Source of the DNA: a virus
Virus record (IMG/VR): IMGVR_UViG_3300010354_000050
Location: 55,412 to 119,411 of that record
Direction: 5' to 3' (one strand)
Length of the DNA: 64,000 nucleotides
In this document: piece by piece, positions 18,681-28,499 of the stretch
How the letters are laid out: every line of letters begins with the position of its first letter
Position numbering within the stretch: the first letter of the stretch is position 1
The notes under the pieces: generated by a model
What the model saw: only the letters and a program-made list of their open reading frames with translations
Database searches by the model: none
What the model was told of the DNA's origin: nothing
Made by a program: the position numbers and the translations under genes

Positions 18681-20144
18681 ATGTTTGTAGATCATCTAGA
18701 AAACCAACTGAGCAACATTACTTCTACCCAAAATGGCGCTAAGGCATATGGCTCTACCTTAAATGCTTGCCTAGACCTTTTTGGCAAAATTGGTGCTTGT
18801 AGGGAAGACTTAAACCAGGCTAAGCAACTGTTTGCTAAAGCCTATGAAGAAAATGCACAACTGGCTACCCAAATTTTGTTTTGGGTTAGGGATATTCGGG
18901 GGGGTCAAGGTGAAAGGAAAGTTTTCAAGGAATTGTTAAAAGATTTAGCATCAATTGATCCCCAAATTGTTCAGAAACTAATTCCTCTAGTTCCTGAATT
19001 TGGCCGCTGGGATGATCTACTTATCCTAGAAGATACTTCTGTTTGGGAAAATGTTCTGGAGTTGTTTAAGCAACAACTTGATAGAGATCTGAAGGCTAAA
19101 GAAAAGCAAATTTCTCTTCTAGCTAAATGGTTGCCATCTATTAATGCTTCTAGCAAAGATAGTAAGCGTCAAGGTAGGAAAATTGCAGCGTCTCTGGGGT
19201 ATTCTGAAAAGCAGTATCGCAAAACCTTGTCAACGTTGCGCTTAAAGATCAAAATCGTTGAGCAAAAGATGTGTGCAAATGAGTGGGGAAACATTGAGTA
19301 CAGCAAAGTTCCTTCCCGTGCTTCATTTATGTACCGTAATGCTTTCAAAAGCCACGATATTCAGCGGTATTCTGAATTTCTTGCTGATGTAGCCTCAGGT
19401 AAGAAAAAAATCAATGCTTCTACCCTATACCCCTATGACATTATTCATCAATTCCTGTATAGTGAAGTAGAAGTAGAAGACCAAACCCTTGAACTTCTTT
19501 GGAACAACTTGCCTAACTACCTAGAAGACCAGCAAGAAGGCTTCAATGGCCTAGTAGTAGCTGATGTTTCTGGGTCAATGTATGGTCAACCTATGGCTGT
19601 TTCTATTTCTCTAGCAATGTACATTGCTGAAAGGAATCAAAGTGAGGTTTGGAAAAACAAATTCTTGACCTTCACTGATAAACCTTCCCTAGAAACCATC
19701 GAAGGTTCTACCCTTCAGGAAAAAATCAATAACCTTGGAAACAGCGATTGGGGTTACAATACCAATCTAGTGAAAGTGTTTGAAGCTATCCTTCAAGCTG
19801 CTAAAGTAGGCAAGGTTCCTCAAGACCAAATGCCACAGAAACTAATCATTGTTTCTGATATGGAATTTGATGAAGCTTGTCAGTATAATGACCTGACCAA
19901 CTTTGAACATATTTCACATATGTTTGAAAAAGCAGGTTACAAACTTCCTGACTTAATTTTCTGGAATGTGAATTCAGGCAGTAGCGTACCTGTCACTGTT
20001 CATGATTCTGGAACTGCTTTGCTGTCAGGTTACAGTCCATCTGCACTAAAGGCAATTTTTTCATCAGAAGGCATTACTCCTTTGTCAGTAATGTTAGAAT
20101 CAGTAGATTCTGAACGATACTTGCCTATTAAGCAGGTTTTCTAG
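18681..20144 (+). CDS. Ro60/TROVE-like (DUF2828) protein with C-terminal vWA domain
   Basis: TQNGA..ST...LDLF, RDIRGGQGER, FGRWDDL, AKWLPS, YSKVPSRA, vWA MIDAS DVSGS, SDMEFD, IFWNV. Confidence 0.85.
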   Translation: MFVDHLENQLSNITSTQNGAKAYGSTLNACLDLFGKIGACREDLNQAKQLFAKAYEENAQLATQILFWVRDIRGGQGERKVFKELLKDLASIDPQIVQKLIPLVPEFGRWDDLLILEDTSVWENVLELFKQQLDRDLKAKEKQISLLAKWLPSINASSKDSKRQGRKIAASLGYSEKQYRKTLSTLRLKIKIVEQKMCANEWGNIEYSKVPSRASFMYRNAFKSHDIQRYSEFLADVASGKKKINASTLYPYDIIHQFLYSEVEVEDQTLELLWNNLPNYLEDQQEGFNGLVVADVSGSMYGQPMAVSISLAMYIAERNQSEVWKNKFLTFTDKPSLETIEGSTLQEKINNLGNSDWGYNTNLVKVFEAILQAAKVGKVPQDQMPQKLIIVSDMEFDEACQYNDLTNFEHISHMFEKAGYKLPDLIFWNVNSGSSVPVTVHDSGTALLSGYSPSALKAIFSSEGITPLSVMLESVDSERYLPIKQVF

Positions 20145-20409
20145 AAAAACCCTGAGACTCCTTAAGAAATAGGAAAAGGTTAAACCTTTTCCTTTTTTTT
20201 GTTGCCAACTTCTGATAAAAGTGCTAAAAACTGTAGTAGCTTACTTTGTAGTTCCATCCCATATCTCTAATGATGAATTGTGGGATGCCGTGAACTATGA
20301 TAAAGTGTCTGAAAGACACCCTGAAGTAGGAATTTACTACGTTTAGTTTCTAAAAGACCTTGCTTTAAGGTCTTTTTTTACTCTACCAAAAAGCATAACA
20401 ATTTCCTGA

Positions 20410-20458
20410 GAAAACCTAGAAGGTTTTCCTTGACAACTCCCCCCATATCTGGTAAGAT
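20410..20458 (+). promoter_or_regulatory. 19-bp palindrome abutting a sigma70 promoter
   Basis: GAAAACCTAGAAGGTTTTC-C-TTGACA(20430)-N17-TAAGAT. Confidence 0.7.
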
Positions 20459-20485
20459 AGGGTTAACCGAGTTGAGAAACTGACC

Positions 20486-21175
20486 ATGACTTTTGCTTTA
20501 ATTGGAGACATTCATTCCCAGGCTACCAACTGCTATGATGCAGTAAACTACTGCGTAGCCAATGGATACACTCCTGTCTTCCTAGGAGATCTTTTTGATT
20601 CCCGTACTTGGGAATCTGATTCCGTAGGAGTTTACAAAATTGCCCGTGAAGCAGAAAATGAATTAGGAGCAGTTATTATTGCCTCTAATCACCAAGATAA
20701 ATTACGAAGGTGCCTGTGGGGAAACCCTGTTGATCTGAGTTCTGCACCGGAACTTGTTAGAACCCTAGAAGATTTTGAAGCTTCTGGGATTGATAACCAA
20801 GAATTGAATTTTTGGTTGTCTAACCTTCCCTATGGTTTTTGCTTTAAGGAAGGTGGCAGGGAATACCGCTGTTCCCATGCTTATTTTTCTGCCCTCGTTC
20901 CTATTCCCAAATATACCAGTTCCCATTGTGTCTACTTCAAAGACATCACCAAAAAAACCCGCTCTTGGATATTATACGGGAAAAGATCTTTTGATGGTTC
21001 AAGGGTATACTGGTGGGAAAAGCCTAACCTTAACCCTTGGATAAGGGTAGCAGGACATTATCACATTATCCACATTGATCTACCCAATGGAAACCTAGTC
21101 CTTGATGGAAATTGTGGTGGTGGTGGTCAATTACCCCTATACCTAGTAGATAAGGGTGAACTACTCTTGTTCTAG
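20486..21175 (+). CDS. calcineurin-like metallophosphoesterase (Pnkp-phosphatase/PrpE-like)
   Basis: GDIH, GDLFD, SNH-x-x-KL-x-R, HA, GHYH, LD-x-x-C motifs. Confidence 0.85.
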   Translation: MTFALIGDIHSQATNCYDAVNYCVANGYTPVFLGDLFDSRTWESDSVGVYKIAREAENELGAVIIASNHQDKLRRCLWGNPVDLSSAPELVRTLEDFEASGIDNQELNFWLSNLPYGFCFKEGGREYRCSHAYFSALVPIPKYTSSHCVYFKDITKKTRSWILYGKRSFDGSRVYWWEKPNLNPWIRVAGHYHIIHIDLPNGNLVLDGNCGGGGQLPLYLVDKGELLLF

Positions 21176-21381
21176 AACATAAGGAAGAAGAGTTTTCTTC
21201 TTCCTTTTTTTATTAAGGGTTGATCTTTCTAAAGAACTATAGTACAATGGTAAAGAATTTACCAAAGGAATATCATGTTGGAAGTAAGATAATATAAATA
21301 GATTTCAGGCTATCTAGTCAAAGCAACATGAATTTAACAAGTAGCGTAAAATAAGTAAGGGATACTGATTAGGTGTAAACA

Positions 21382-21912
21382 ATGATCAAACAATTTCAAT
21401 ACAAAGTAGCAATATTAATTAAACACCCTGAATACTTTGATATTCTAGAAGAAGGGTTAGGAGGCCCAGATTCCGAAACACTACAAGAAGCTTTTCATGC
21501 TCTACTAGAAGACATAGACCACATCGACAGTAAACTTCAAGTAGTATTCAGGGTGTTTGTTGAAGATGGTACAGTAGAAATAATCCTTTCAACAGGGCAA
21601 GCTGTTGTCATTACTATTTCAGCAGAAGACTACATTTGCAATATTAAGTCCCAAGAGGAAATGGAATTAGCTTCTGAACTATACTATAGGTTGGTTAGAG
21701 CTATTGAAAGGGAACTCCCTTCCAAGTACAAGTATAATATTGCTCTAGTAGACCCCCCCTGTCCTTCTACTAATTTTCTTATTTCTGACACTGAAAATGA
21801 TGTTTTCTGCGGAAAGTTCTACCACCTAGGGGAACCCGAAGTAAGCTACAATTGGACTGTAGAAGTAATTAACCCTGATACTACTGACCTAAAGGCCCAA
21901 GTTTACCTATGA
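21382..21912 (+). CDS. hypothetical protein
   Basis: 176-aa ORF, AGGTG RBS. Confidence 0.75.
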   Translation: MIKQFQYKVAILIKHPEYFDILEEGLGGPDSETLQEAFHALLEDIDHIDSKLQVVFRVFVEDGTVEIILSTGQAVVITISAEDYICNIKSQEEMELASELYYRLVRAIERELPSKYKYNIALVDPPCPSTNFLISDTENDVFCGKFYHLGEPEVSYNWTVEVINPDTTDLKAQVYL

Positions 21913-22856
21913 GATTAGACCAACTAAATACATCTGAAGAAAAGTTCTCAAACATTGTTGAAGGATGTGAAAGTTCTTTAGATAATCTGCAAAGCTATGT
22001 TGAATCAGAAGTTCAAAATGTAAAAGCTAAATTTGATCTGGAAGTTGTAAAGCTAAGTAACCGTTTTACAGCAGAAATAAACAAAGTCAAAAAGCAGCTT
22101 AATAAAGCTGAACGGTACTCTAAGCAGTTGGAACAGGCGCTAGATTCCTATAAACGTTCCTTAGAAAGAGAAACAAGAGCAGAAAACAAGAAACTCAAAG
22201 AAAAAATTGTAGAATTAGAAAAGTTCATCAGCAGTATAGAATTTATTGATGATGATGTTGAAAAGAAAGAATTAGAAGCAGATCTAAAAGAAAAGGAAGA
22301 AAAAGAAAAGCAACATTTTCTTAGGGCAAGGACATTTGCCTTCTTCCAAAAAATCCTTATGATGATTGGGAAATGGTCAGATGATATACTCCCTGCTGAA
22401 GATTTTGAAATTGTTAGTAGGTCAATCTTAATCCCCTCAGTATACATGAGAATTTCTAAATATGAACCAAATTATTTGCTTGAAAGTCTACCCCAGTGCA
22501 AAGAAATAGTAATCAATGGTAGAGAATACATTTCTGCCTTAAGAAAAGAATATCCTACTAATCTAGCTTCTAGGAGTGTTTGGGATTCTGCTACAGAAGA
22601 AATCAAAATTTGGTGGACTGATTATGCCTTGCCAGAAATCTTTGGTTGGCGCGATGAAAGGTGGGATCATGATCAACACCTAGATTGGGAAATTTCTAAT
22701 AAATGGGAAAATAACCCTACTGACCAAATGACATTATTTCCCCCAGTTTACGATACAATGTATAGCATGAGGTGTTATGATTCTCTGACATCACCTATGA
22801 GGGAATTGGCTTTAGAATTAGAGGATAAAAAGTACAAGTTTCCTTCTAATTTGTAA
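21909..22856 (+). CDS. coiled-coil hypothetical protein
   Basis: long heptad-rich N-terminal half; overlaps upstream stop. Confidence 0.75.
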   Translation: MRLDQLNTSEEKFSNIVEGCESSLDNLQSYVESEVQNVKAKFDLEVVKLSNRFTAEINKVKKQLNKAERYSKQLEQALDSYKRSLERETRAENKKLKEKIVELEKFISSIEFIDDDVEKKELEADLKEKEEKEKQHFLRARTFAFFQKILMMIGKWSDDILPAEDFEIVSRSILIPSVYMRISKYEPNYLLESLPQCKEIVINGREYISALRKEYPTNLASRSVWDSATEEIKIWWTDYALPEIFGWRDERWDHDQHLDWEISNKWENNPTDQMTLFPPVYDTMYSMRCYDSLTSPMRELALELEDKKYKFPSNL

Positions 22857-22976
22857 GAAATGCTACTTTATATCTAACCTAGAGATTTAAGCAACTTCTA
22901 AAAGGAGTTGCTTTTTTTATTGAATAGACCTATAATGTAGTTAATCTGAGAAAACATAGAAAAAGAGAAAAAAAAA

Positions 22977-23399
22977 ATGATTGAACCTTATTTTGTAGAA
23001 AGGCAGCTTCAAACTTGGACAGGGTGGAACCCCTATGATAGGGCTAACCCTGTAAGAAGAAGTAGAGGGCATGGTATAAATTTTCTAGAAAACTTTCAAG
23101 GTTTTTCTTTTTGGAAATGGGATTCTTATAGAGAACTTTGCCAGATCATAGTTTTTAACCAGGATAAAGAAGAAGTTGGCTATATTGGTTACTACCTTGG
23201 TGGCTATTGTGTAAGTATCTACGTAGACCCTAAGTTCAGATGTCTGGGCTTAGGATCAAGGTTAATTAGCCTAGTTCCTAACTTAAAGGTCTTTCAAGAA
23301 GATGTAGGGTCATTCAACAAAAAATTAGACAAACAAGACCCTTTACATTCTAGGGAGTACCTGTTAGAATGGTATAGTAAGAAGGGAGTTTTGAGGTAA
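22977..23399 (+). CDS. GNAT-like acetyltransferase
   Basis: IYVDPKFRCLGLGSRL acetyl-CoA-binding motif. Confidence 0.6.
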   Translation: MIEPYFVERQLQTWTGWNPYDRANPVRRSRGHGINFLENFQGFSFWKWDSYRELCQIIVFNQDKEEVGYIGYYLGGYCVSIYVDPKFRCLGLGSRLISLVPNLKVFQEDVGSFNKKLDKQDPLHSREYLLEWYSKKGVLR

Positions 23400-23401
23400 C
23401 T

Positions 23402-23632
23402 ATGAAACATATTAACAAGGCTATTGTTGCAGACAAAGTAGAATACCTTCAGATTCTAGGTACTATAAAGGAAAATGCTCTAGTACGTACTAGGGGCAAG
23501 AGCCTCTATGCAGTAACCGAAATCACTAAGAGGAGTGAGGTAAAAACTTACTTTGTCTTGAGGGTTAACGGAAAACTCACAGGGATTTATTACAATCTTG
23601 AACAAGCTACCCATGAATACAATAACAAGTAG
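23402..23632 (+). CDS. hypothetical protein (paralog of 23639..23860)
   Basis: shared LY-x-V-x-E...YF-x-L-x-VNG-x-L-x-GIY motif. Confidence 0.7.
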   Translation: MKHINKAIVADKVEYLQILGTIKENALVRTRGKSLYAVTEITKRSEVKTYFVLRVNGKLTGIYYNLEQATHEYNNK

Positions 23633-23638
23633 AACCAG

Positions 23639-23860
23639 ATGAAGCTACCTCTGAAAAAGGAAAAAACAGAATTTGTAGAAATTCTAGGATTCAAGAAAGA
23701 ATTTCCCATTGCTATAGGAAAAAACAAAGCCCTTTACATTGTATCTGAACTAGATAAATATGGGGAGGCAAAGGTTTACTTTTATCTCAAGGTTAATGGC
23801 TACCTGAAGGGGATCTACTTTGATCCTGAAGAAGCCCATGTACAATATAATTTGAGGTAA
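23639..23860 (+). CDS. hypothetical protein (paralog of 23402..23632)
   Basis: tandem paralog. Confidence 0.7.
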   Translation: MKLPLKKEKTEFVEILGFKKEFPIAIGKNKALYIVSELDKYGEAKVYFYLKVNGYLKGIYFDPEEAHVQYNLR

Positions 23861-23869
23861 TTTGAAATT

Positions 23870-24124
23870 ATGGCTACTGAAATCAAGAACCACCAAGACT
23901 TAATCAATTGGATTAATTCTGATGATCTTAATAAGATTTCCCGTGAAAATCTAAAACAAATTTTCCAAGCAGGAAAGTCAAACCCTATTGCAGTAATTTT
24001 AGCCTTAGCTAAACTTGATGTAGAAGAAGGTGTAGAACCTAAATCTTCTAATCCTATTTACTTGGATTGTTACCAGTTTTGGTACAGGGCGTTATCTATA
24101 GATGTTAAAGCAGTAGAACAATAG
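23870..24124 (+). CDS. hypothetical protein
   Basis: GAGGT RBS, operonic. Confidence 0.65.
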   Translation: MATEIKNHQDLINWINSDDLNKISRENLKQIFQAGKSNPIAVILALAKLDVEEGVEPKSSNPIYLDCYQFWYRALSIDVKAVEQ

Positions 24125-24126
24125 CA

Positions 24127-24381
24127 ATGAAAACCCATAAAACCAGGAACGGGAAATTTATTCCTATAAGTAAACTAGAAGACGATCATTTGCTTAACAT
24201 TATCAGGTTTTACCAGAGAAAAGCAAAAGAAGGTCTTTTAGTTTGCTATAGGAGTCCTAGTTTGCATGACAGTTTCGATGACCATTTCTTTGACATTGTT
24301 TATGGAGAAGAAGCCTTAGAAAACCTAGGGTATTATTTCTATGTTGAAGAAGCTGAAAAAAGATTCAGGAGTAATAAATGA
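24127..24381 (+). CDS. hypothetical phage protein
   Basis: T-x-x-G-x-x-I-x-I-x-x-L-x-D-x-HL-x-N family-like motif. Confidence 0.65.
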   Translation: MKTHKTRNGKFIPISKLEDDHLLNIIRFYQRKAKEGLLVCYRSPSLHDSFDDHFFDIVYGEEALENLGYYFYVEEAEKRFRSNK

Positions 24382-24839
24382 TTAAATATATCAAAAAAGG
24401 CAACATCTTTGAGTCCAACTGTGAAGCCCTAGTTAACCCTGTCAATACTGTGGGGGTAATGGGAGCGGGTTTAGCCAAACAATTTAAAAAAAGGTATCCA
24501 AAAAACTTTGTAGCATACCAAGACTACTGTAACCAAGGAAAGCTAAAACCAGGTGGAGTCTTTGTTTTCCTGGAAGAAGGTGACATTATTGTTAACCTGG
24601 CAACCAAAGACCACTGGAAAGATCCTTCTGAAGTTGACTATGTTGAAAAAGGGTTGCAGCAACTTTTGCAGTTTATCCAAATTCAAGAAGTTGTATCAGT
24701 GGCTATCCCTGCCTTAGGATGTGGTCTTGGTGGTCTAGACTGGGCTGATAACGTTCTTCCTTTAATTGAGTATTACTTCCAAGACAATGAAGAAGTAAGC
24801 AATGTGGAAGCAAAGGTTTATGTTCCCTACGGTTATTGA
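24378..24839 (+). CDS. macrodomain ADP-ribosylglycohydrolase (DarG-like)
   Basis: GNIF..ALVNPVNTVGVMGAGLA.QFK, N-x-x-TK-x-HW, AIPALGCGLGGLDW. Confidence 0.88.
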   Translation: MIKYIKKGNIFESNCEALVNPVNTVGVMGAGLAKQFKKRYPKNFVAYQDYCNQGKLKPGGVFVFLEEGDIIVNLATKDHWKDPSEVDYVEKGLQQLLQFIQIQEVVSVAIPALGCGLGGLDWADNVLPLIEYYFQDNEEVSNVEAKVYVPYGY

Positions 24840-24864
24840 TTTGTAAAAGGTTGAGGAGAAATTT

Positions 24865-25068
24865 GTGAAAAATTCATTAAAGCCTTTTATTTTTGGTACT
24901 TTGTTTAGTTTCTCGGTATCTTTCATACTTACGTTGGCTATTTTTGGAACAACTCCAAGTTCCCCAATAAAGGAAAACCTAATTGAGTCATTAATAATGA
25001 CAGTTTTTTATCACTCTTCAAGCTTAGCAGGTTTCCTAATTGGGGCTAGTTTAACAGACGGCAAATAA
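24865..25068 (+). CDS. small membrane protein
   Basis: GTG start after GAGGAG; two hydrophobic segments. Confidence 0.6.
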   Translation: MKNSLKPFIFGTLFSFSVSFILTLAIFGTTPSSPIKENLIESLIMTVFYHSSSLAGFLIGASLTDGK

Positions 25069-25177
25069 AAATAGGAGCCAAAAAATAATTTCAGAATTGT
25101 CCAACCTTCCACTAGATAGCTGCTTGACTTTTAGGCCCCACTCCTTTATACTAGAAAAGTAATCAGTCAGGTAAAAA

Positions 25178-25519
25178 ATGCTAAAAATTATGGCAACGCA
25201 AGAACAACCCCTTTTCGGTAGTAACTATGGATATTTTGATATTTCCGTAGTAGGCTACTTTCCTGTAGATCCTACTCTACCCCCATTTGAACCTCAACTT
25301 TCAAAATTTGTTAAAACAGATGCCTTTGAAAGTGAACCTATTGCCAATTTTGCATGGGTGAGTCATGATGGTAACGGTAAAGTAGATGGTTTTCCAATCT
25401 GTGAATCTTGGGAGGAAGAATCTAAAAACCCCTTTCTTTACTTGTCCTTTCTGGATGACTATCTTCTTCCTGAAGACTCTGACTGCCACATTCCTGTTTT
25501 AGCACCCTTTGCACTTTAA
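25178..25519 (+). CDS. hypothetical protein
   Basis: promoter and AGGT RBS. Confidence 0.65.
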   Translation: MLKIMATQEQPLFGSNYGYFDISVVGYFPVDPTLPPFEPQLSKFVKTDAFESEPIANFAWVSHDGNGKVDGFPICESWEEESKNPFLYLSFLDDYLLPEDSDCHIPVLAPFAL

Positions 25520-25562
25520 GCCTTAATCCTTTACACTAAAGAAGTAATCAGTGAGGTAAAAA

Positions 25563-25889
25563 ATGAACCTTGAACAAATTTGGAATCTAGTACAACTACC
25601 TGAAGAAGCTCAGGTGACGATTCACAATTTTGCCGCTATTGATGGAGGTAAGTTGCTTTTTCAGAGTAATGAAAAAGTGATCGGGGAGTACGATTATAGA
25701 GATCCTGATGGGGGTCGATCTATTCATGGTGCTGCTACTGTAAAACTAGATGATTTTATCATTGAGTTTTCCTATCGTGAAAAATGGTGGGAGGGTCTGC
25801 GGGTGTTGGTTAAGGAAGAAGGTAAAAAATACTTTTCTGAAGCTTACTTTGATGAAGATTTTCCTAATTGGGCTTTTCAGGAAGACTAA
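25563..25889 (+). CDS. hypothetical protein
   Basis: GAGGT RBS; leader duplicated from that of 25178. Confidence 0.65.
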   Translation: MNLEQIWNLVQLPEEAQVTIHNFAAIDGGKLLFQSNEKVIGEYDYRDPDGGRSIHGAATVKLDDFIIEFSYREKWWEGLRVLVKEEGKKYFSEAYFDEDFPNWAFQED

Positions 25890-25999
25890 TCAACTTTAAT
25901 AAAAACACTAAGAACCTTAAAAAAAGGTTCTTTTTTTTATTGACTTGGAGTACAAAGGCTGTTAGAATAGAAAAGAAAGCTAGAAAGAAGTAGAAAAAA

Positions 26000-26254
26000 A
26001 TGGAAAAAGTAACACTATATACTAATCTAGACTACATAATTTTTCCTAAATATGAGTCCAAATTTCCCCCCCCCCCGATTGGTAGTTACATCTTGTGTTC
26101 CACTAGTAATCCCAGCAGAAAAGCAAAGCTTGAAGTTATGCAACTGACTTATGATGAAAAAGGATGGAAAGCTGAGTTGCACATTCCCTCTTTAGTTTTA
26201 GAAAGAATGTCTGTTAAGCAGTGGTACAAACAATACCTAGGAGTAGATATTTAG
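26000..26254 (+). CDS. hypothetical protein
   Basis: ORF after terminator-promoter; abuts polymerase start. Confidence 0.6.
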   Translation: MEKVTLYTNLDYIIFPKYESKFPPPPIGSYILCSTSNPSRKAKLEVMQLTYDEKGWKAELHIPSLVLERMSVKQWYKQYLGVDI

Positions 26255-27874
26255 ATGAAACTTAACCCTATTGGTTATCCTGTAATCTCTGACCAAACTT
26301 TTTCTAAAGTTTTTGGAGAATTCACTAAAAGGTCAATTCCCACATCTACAGAAAAAACTAGAAAACTTCTTCAGGCAAACACTATTCCTTTTCCTGTAGA
26401 CTACCCTGAAAACTTATTTGATGGGGAATTACCTTTTCCAGATCTTAAAGCAAAAACTTTGGATCAACATTTTGAAAAAATTGCTGAAGATTTTGTAGGC
26501 CAATATTTGCAAGATGCCGAAACTTTAGCTACTTGTAAAATCCCACCCATCCCACCTATTCAAGAACTTGTTCCCGAAGTAGGCTGGACAAAATATACTT
26601 TTGAAAATGAAACATGGATTAAAGAACCTGTCCCCTACCCTTTAGAATCTGGGATATTTGATACTGAAACTTTTGTAGAAGGTGGGGCTTTCCCAGTTAT
26701 TGGTACTGCTTTAACCCATAAAGCTGCCTACATCTGGTTAGCTTCTGAATTTGTTAACCCTGATCTCCCTGTAGAGCAATGGGATCAATTTGGGCTAATT
26801 CCCTTAGGAACTGACAAGTTCATTATTGGTCATAATATTTCCTATGATAGAGTTAGGGTTCAAGAAGCATACAACCTTACCAACAATTTACCAGAAAACT
26901 TCTACTTCGATACCCTTTCTGCACATATTGGTGTATCCGGGTTGGCTTCTGGTCAACGTTGGCTCTATGTTCTAGCAGCAAAAGACCCAGATTCCCTTAC
27001 TGAACAAGAAAAGCGCCAACTACGCTTTTCTCCTAAATGGGCTTCTGAAGGAAGTACAAACTCCTTGATTGAAACCTATAACTTCCATGTAGCTGCACCC
27101 AAAGAACTTTTTCAAGATGGAGATTTTAGGTTAAAGGAATCTGATAAGGAAGTCAGGGATTTGTTTGTAAAAGCAAAAACCATGAAGGAGTTGGCTAACC
27201 CCTCTGATTTCTACAAACTAATCGACTACGCGATTAAGGACGTTTTCTATACTTTTGAGCTATATCAAGCCCTATGGCCTAAGTACAGAGAATCTACTCC
27301 TAGTACAGTAGCCTTAGCAGGTCATTACTTTTTAGCAGGCTCTAAGATTCCCCTTGTTGACAACTGGGAAAGTTGGATTGATAAAACTGAAGAAGTTTTT
27401 CAAGCTCAAATGGAAGAAATGGATCAGATTTGCAAAGACCTAATGAAAACCCATGTAGAAGAATGGGGGAAAGAGTTAGACAAAGATCTGCTACAAATTT
27501 CCTATAGGTTTGAAGAAGAACCTGAAAAATTAGTAGAAGAAGTTGGTTTGCAGAAAAAGAAAACTGTAAAGCTAACTGATGTTTTGAAAGCACTAGATAA
27601 ACTAGAAATTGAATGGAGGTTTAACTCTAAACAGTGGGCTGAACAAGACCCCTGGCTAAAACAGCTAGATTGGACACCGCAAAACTACACAGGAAAGTTT
27701 GCCTTTATGCCTAAGTGGGCTTGTAAATTTTTAGCTGAACCTGAAAAGAATAAGTTTTCAGTTAAAAACCGTGCTGCCCATTTACTCCTTAAACTAAAGT
27801 GGGAAGGAAAGCCTATCTTATGGGTTGACGGTCAAGGCTGGTGCTTTGAAGTAGAAGATGAAGCTGATGCTTAA
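26255..27874 (+). CDS. Pol-gamma-like family A DNA polymerase, N-terminal half (3'-5' exonuclease + spacer)
   Basis: ExoI FDTE, ExoII GHNISYDR, FDTLSAHIGVSG, ExoIII YAIKDV, DPWLKQLDW, L-x-W-x-G-x-P...GWCF collinear with POLG/Mip1. Confidence 0.9.
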   Translation: MKLNPIGYPVISDQTFSKVFGEFTKRSIPTSTEKTRKLLQANTIPFPVDYPENLFDGELPFPDLKAKTLDQHFEKIAEDFVGQYLQDAETLATCKIPPIPPIQELVPEVGWTKYTFENETWIKEPVPYPLESGIFDTETFVEGGAFPVIGTALTHKAAYIWLASEFVNPDLPVEQWDQFGLIPLGTDKFIIGHNISYDRVRVQEAYNLTNNLPENFYFDTLSAHIGVSGLASGQRWLYVLAAKDPDSLTEQEKRQLRFSPKWASEGSTNSLIETYNFHVAAPKELFQDGDFRLKESDKEVRDLFVKAKTMKELANPSDFYKLIDYAIKDVFYTFELYQALWPKYRESTPSTVALAGHYFLAGSKIPLVDNWESWIDKTEEVFQAQMEEMDQICKDLMKTHVEEWGKELDKDLLQISYRFEEEPEKLVEEVGLQKKKTVKLTDVLKALDKLEIEWRFNSKQWAEQDPWLKQLDWTPQNYTGKFAFMPKWACKFLAEPEKNKFSVKNRAAHLLLKLKWEGKPILWVDGQGWCFEVEDEADA

Positions 27875-28049
27875 AAACCTGTTTTCTATTGCAATTGAAT
27901 AGTTTGGTTGAAAAAATCAGGATAGTGATGATGATGGAATATCTCAGACAGTCTTAGGCTTTATTAGTTCATTTGTTCCTTCAAAACCTGAATCAAGAGT
28001 TTATGCTAGAATTAACCCTTGGTAATGTCATGTAACCCTGACATTGAAT

Positions 28050-28078
28050 AAGAAACCTTTTCAGGTTTCTTTTTTTTT
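28050..28078 (+). terminator. intrinsic terminator between polymerase halves
   Basis: AAGAAACC-TTTTCA-GGTTTCTT + T tract. Confidence 0.75.
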
Positions 28079-28132
28079 GTTGATATAGGTAAACTGTTCC
28101 TATACAATAGGATTGTAGATAAGATTTCAATC

Positions 28133-28468
28133 ATGTTTAACCTATATGTTTGCCTTCCACCTATTACTGGCGTAGTTCTAGCTTATGTCTTCAGGAACCT
28201 AGGGCTATATCAATTTCAATTTCTGTCTTTGTTTGGAGTTTACCTGTATTACTTGTGCTTCAATTTGGTTTTCTTCAGGAAACTTAGAGGAGCCCGAATA
28301 ACCCTCACAGGATTACTTTCTTTCATATACCTTGTACTCAGTTTTCTCTTTCCTGTTTACCATCAAATACCTGAACAACTCTTGGCTGTAGAAAGAGTAA
28401 TCCTTTTAGCTGATTTCAGAGAAAACCTTTACAAGGTTTCCTTTTTTATTCTTTGTAGAACTACCTAA
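28133..28468 (+). CDS. membrane protein inserted between polymerase halves
   Basis: several hydrophobic segments; own promoter-like sequence. Confidence 0.55.
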   Translation: MFNLYVCLPPITGVVLAYVFRNLGLYQFQFLSLFGVYLYYLCFNLVFFRKLRGARITLTGLLSFIYLVLSFLFPVYHQIPEQLLAVERVILLADFRENLYKVSFFILCRTT

Positions 28469-28499
28469 ACAGTAAAAAAGCAAGTAGCTAATGAATTTC

